DNA of 64,000 bases from Patescibacteria group bacterium (GTDB lineage Bacteria > Patescibacteriota > Microgenomatia > CAYGWK01), in contig JBMORX010000003.1 in NCBI GenBank assembly GCA_049322615.1, positions 3,328-67,327 of the forward strand. The letters run 5' to 3'. The position numbers and the translations under genes are program-made. Positions 62,178 through 64,000 of the stretch are shown here, in pieces. Within the stretch, counting starts at the first letter, position 1, and each line of letters starts with the position of its first letter. The notes beneath the pieces are model-generated. The model was given only the letters and a program-made list of their open reading frames with translations, was not told where the DNA came from and searched no databases.

Positions 62178-62861
62178 GTTATTCTTCAATAATGATCTCA
62201 AGTTCTTCACCATATTGTTTGATGACCTGCTGACGTAATTCCTCACGCTTATCTGGTGGTAAACCAAAGGCTGCTACAACATAATCCCAATCTCGCTTTC
62301 TTATAAAATCTCTTTGAATCTTCCCATCACACTCATCGCATAGTGAAATGTCATTGATTGGTCCCCATTATCGCACGATTGGCACTTTCCGTAGTCTAAC
62401 TCTCGATTTTCAGTCTTTTCAACCATTTTCTTTTCTTCTTTAAGCGTTATAAATCCTTCATTTAGTAGGTAGTTATAGACTCTAACTTTAAGTTCTCGCT
62501 CCTTTGGTTTGTGTTTGCTTAGAAGTTGAGAAATATCGTGGAGAACTTCATTTTTCTCCCATCTACCATCCTGGATCTCAAGTAAAATATCTTTAATTCT
62601 CGAAGAACCTACAAAGTGTCTATTTCCACCCAACTCGAGAAACCCATACTCTATAATCGCCCCTAAATGGGCCTCTGTAAAGATTTCTTCATAAGGATAC
62701 TGGAGGATCTCACATAAAGATTTAACATCTGACATTGTTAGATGCCTGGCGTATTTTTCAAAATATTCTCTATTTCTTCGCGATAAAACTGGCGGCGCCT
62801 TAAAGTCTACGGCTCCTTCTAGAAGCATTTCTTCTGTTAAAACCCTTTTTTCCTCTTTCAT
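62178..62861 (-). pseudogene. Hypothetical protein whose C-terminal zinc-ribbon is split by a frameshift (tracked ORF 62301-62861 plus an open continuation to 62178 in another frame)
   Basis: Frame A ends ...YGKCQSCDNGDQSMTFHYAMSVMGRFKEIL*. A second frame gives ...SLCDECDGKIQRDFIRKRDWDYVVAAFGLPPDKREELRQQVIKQYGEELEIIIEE* with no start codon. The two CxxC pairs of one ribbon fall on either side of the shift. Confidence 0.4.
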
Positions 62862-62942
62862 TCTAATTTTTCCTCCTTTTAAAACTTAAGATATAATCCT
62901 GCTTTATCAATTAAAATTGCCGTCCTTCCGGGCAGCAAAGAT

Positions 62943-62970
62943 ATTATAGCACTTCGGGTTTAATTTTCAA
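62943..62970 (-). promoter_or_regulatory. Near-consensus sigma70 promoter TTGAAA-N16-TATAAT for the 62301-62861 gene
   Basis: The minus-strand sequence reads cagtTTGAAAattaaacccgaagtgcTATAATatc. Confidence 0.5.
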
Positions 62971-63022
62971 ACTGCAGGGTGAAAACCCAGGATAGTCCTG
63001 GTAGTCCTGGAACTGCCTGAAA

Positions 63023-63955
63023 CTAAACTCTTATGGACCAATTTTTCTTAACTGCTCTTAATTTGGCGCTGTCGGCGCGGGGATTTTGGGCGATTTCTTC
63101 CGGAGTTGCCATGACTGGTTTTTTGGTGAGAATTTCAACCAAGCCAGATTTCTGCCATTCCAAAAACTGGTGCTTAACAATTCTATCCTCAAGTGAATGA
63201 AAAGAGATAACCACTAACCTGCCTCCAGGTTTTAAAGCACCCAGCGCTTGGGGCAGAGCTTCTTCTAAAGCGGGTAACTCTTGATTGACTTCCATCCTTA
63301 AAGCCCGAAAAATTTTTGATGCCCAGTGCCCTTTGCGGGAAAATCGATAATCAGGAGGGGTGGCTCGGCGAATTAAATCCAGCAGTTCTCCGCAGGTTTC
63401 TATCTTTTTTCTATCCCTAACTTTTATAATTTCTCTGGCAATTTTTCCCCCAAAAGGTTCCTCACCTAGTTTAAAAAATATTTCTCTTAATTTTTTCTCG
63501 GGATAAAAATTGACAATATCATAAGCAGAAAATTGCTGGGCCGGGTTCATTCGCATATCCAAGGGAGCGTCCATCCCTTTTTCTCCGAAAGAAAATCCCC
63601 GCTCTGGTGTCTCGAGTTGATAACTGGAGACACCCAAATCGAAAAGAATCCCATCTACCCCCATAACCCCTAAATTCCCCAGAATATTCTTTAAATTTAT
63701 AAAATTATCATTTATAAAAATTACCTGGTCTTTAAATCTGCTTAAGTTTTTTTGACTTTCGGCAATCGCCTCTGGGTCGCAATCAATGCCAATAAGTTTT
63801 CCATTTTTGCCTATTTTTTCCAAAATTTTTTCGGCGTGTCCTCCGCCCCCTAAAGTTGCATCAACAAAAATTTCGCCAGGTTTTGGGTCTAAAAATTTTA
63901 GGGTTTCTTTTGGTAAAACTGGAATATGGAAAGTTTTTTCTTCCATTAATGACAC
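63023..63955 (-). CDS. rsmH: 16S rRNA (cytosine1402-N4)-methyltransferase RsmH (MraW)
   Basis: The N-terminus is HIPVLPKETLKFLDPKPGEIFVDATLGGGGHAEKIL and it is about 310 aa. Confidence 0.85.
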   Translation of the reverse strand: MSLMEEKTFHIPVLPKETLKFLDPKPGEIFVDATLGGGGHAEKILEKIGKNGKLIGIDCDPEAIAESQKNLSRFKDQVIFINDNFINLKNILGNLGVMGVDGILFDLGVSSYQLETPERGFSFGEKGMDAPLDMRMNPAQQFSAYDIVNFYPEKKLREIFFKLGEEPFGGKIAREIIKVRDRKKIETCGELLDLIRRATPPDYRFSRKGHWASKIFRALRMEVNQELPALEEALPQALGALKPGGRLVVISFHSLEDRIVKHQFLEWQKSGLVEILTKKPVMATPEEIAQNPRADSAKLRAVKKNWSIRV

Positions 63956-64000
63956 TTTAATTAATTAAACTAGAAGAACTATTATTCCTAAAACCAAACA

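Noticed and set aside
1-64000. CRISPR arrays, rRNA genes, integrases and transposases
   Set aside because: I saw no regularly spaced direct repeats with unique spacers. No ORF has tyrosine or serine recombinase or DDE motifs. The comM-associated insertions lack their own integrase in this window.

Overview
This window is from a low-GC (about 38 percent) genome and nearly all large genes are on the minus strand. Several traits suggest a reduced genome of the Patescibacteria/CPR type, though this is an inference: a 99-aa TsaB, lamin-tail-domain surface proteins, leaderless-looking starts, and terminator hairpins that mostly lack U-tracts. Core housekeeping genes dominate: tsaB/tsaE, ftsE/ftsX/envC-like, prfB, secA, serS, lysS, greA, lon, gltX, dacA-like, ybaK-like, aspS, rel, recJ, cca, rsmA, secDF, comM/yifB and rsmH. 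There are two tRNAs, Glu-CUC and Gln-CUG. Between these genes lie several accessory or regulatory segments, which are the more interesting part of the window. (1) An identical 33-nt repeat carrying an 18-bp palindrome sits at the start codons of three consecutive genes, one of which encodes a TrpR-like DNA-binding protein. (2) A family of five to six 34-bp palindromic elements (TTGACAAAAT-N4-CACGTG-N4-ATTTTGTCAA) is scattered through a 7-13 kb accessory region of small surface proteins, next to a membrane-anchored winged-helix regulator. (3) The 5' end of comM is duplicated twice, at 59.4 and 60.76 kb, bracketing a ~6.8 kb glycosyltransferase island and a second ~1.3 kb segment; this looks like tandem site-specific insertion into the 5' end of comM. 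(4) An ~0.9 kb segment of ~58 percent GC next to tRNA-Gln carries two small overlapping ORFs and its own terminator. (5) The lon leader contains a CIRCE-like element and heptad direct repeats. (6) A 1.2 kb gene-poor locus at 48.4-49.6 kb contains a structured RNA with a terminator, phased ATTCGGAT direct repeats, a long inverted repeat and a 47-aa zinc-ribbon gene. (7) A structured leader with mutually exclusive pairings precedes a zinc-ribbon/ZIP transporter operon. (8) There are two likely frameshifted genes and several 7-8-mer microsatellites inside essential genes. No CRISPR array, rRNA, integrase or transposase was seen.
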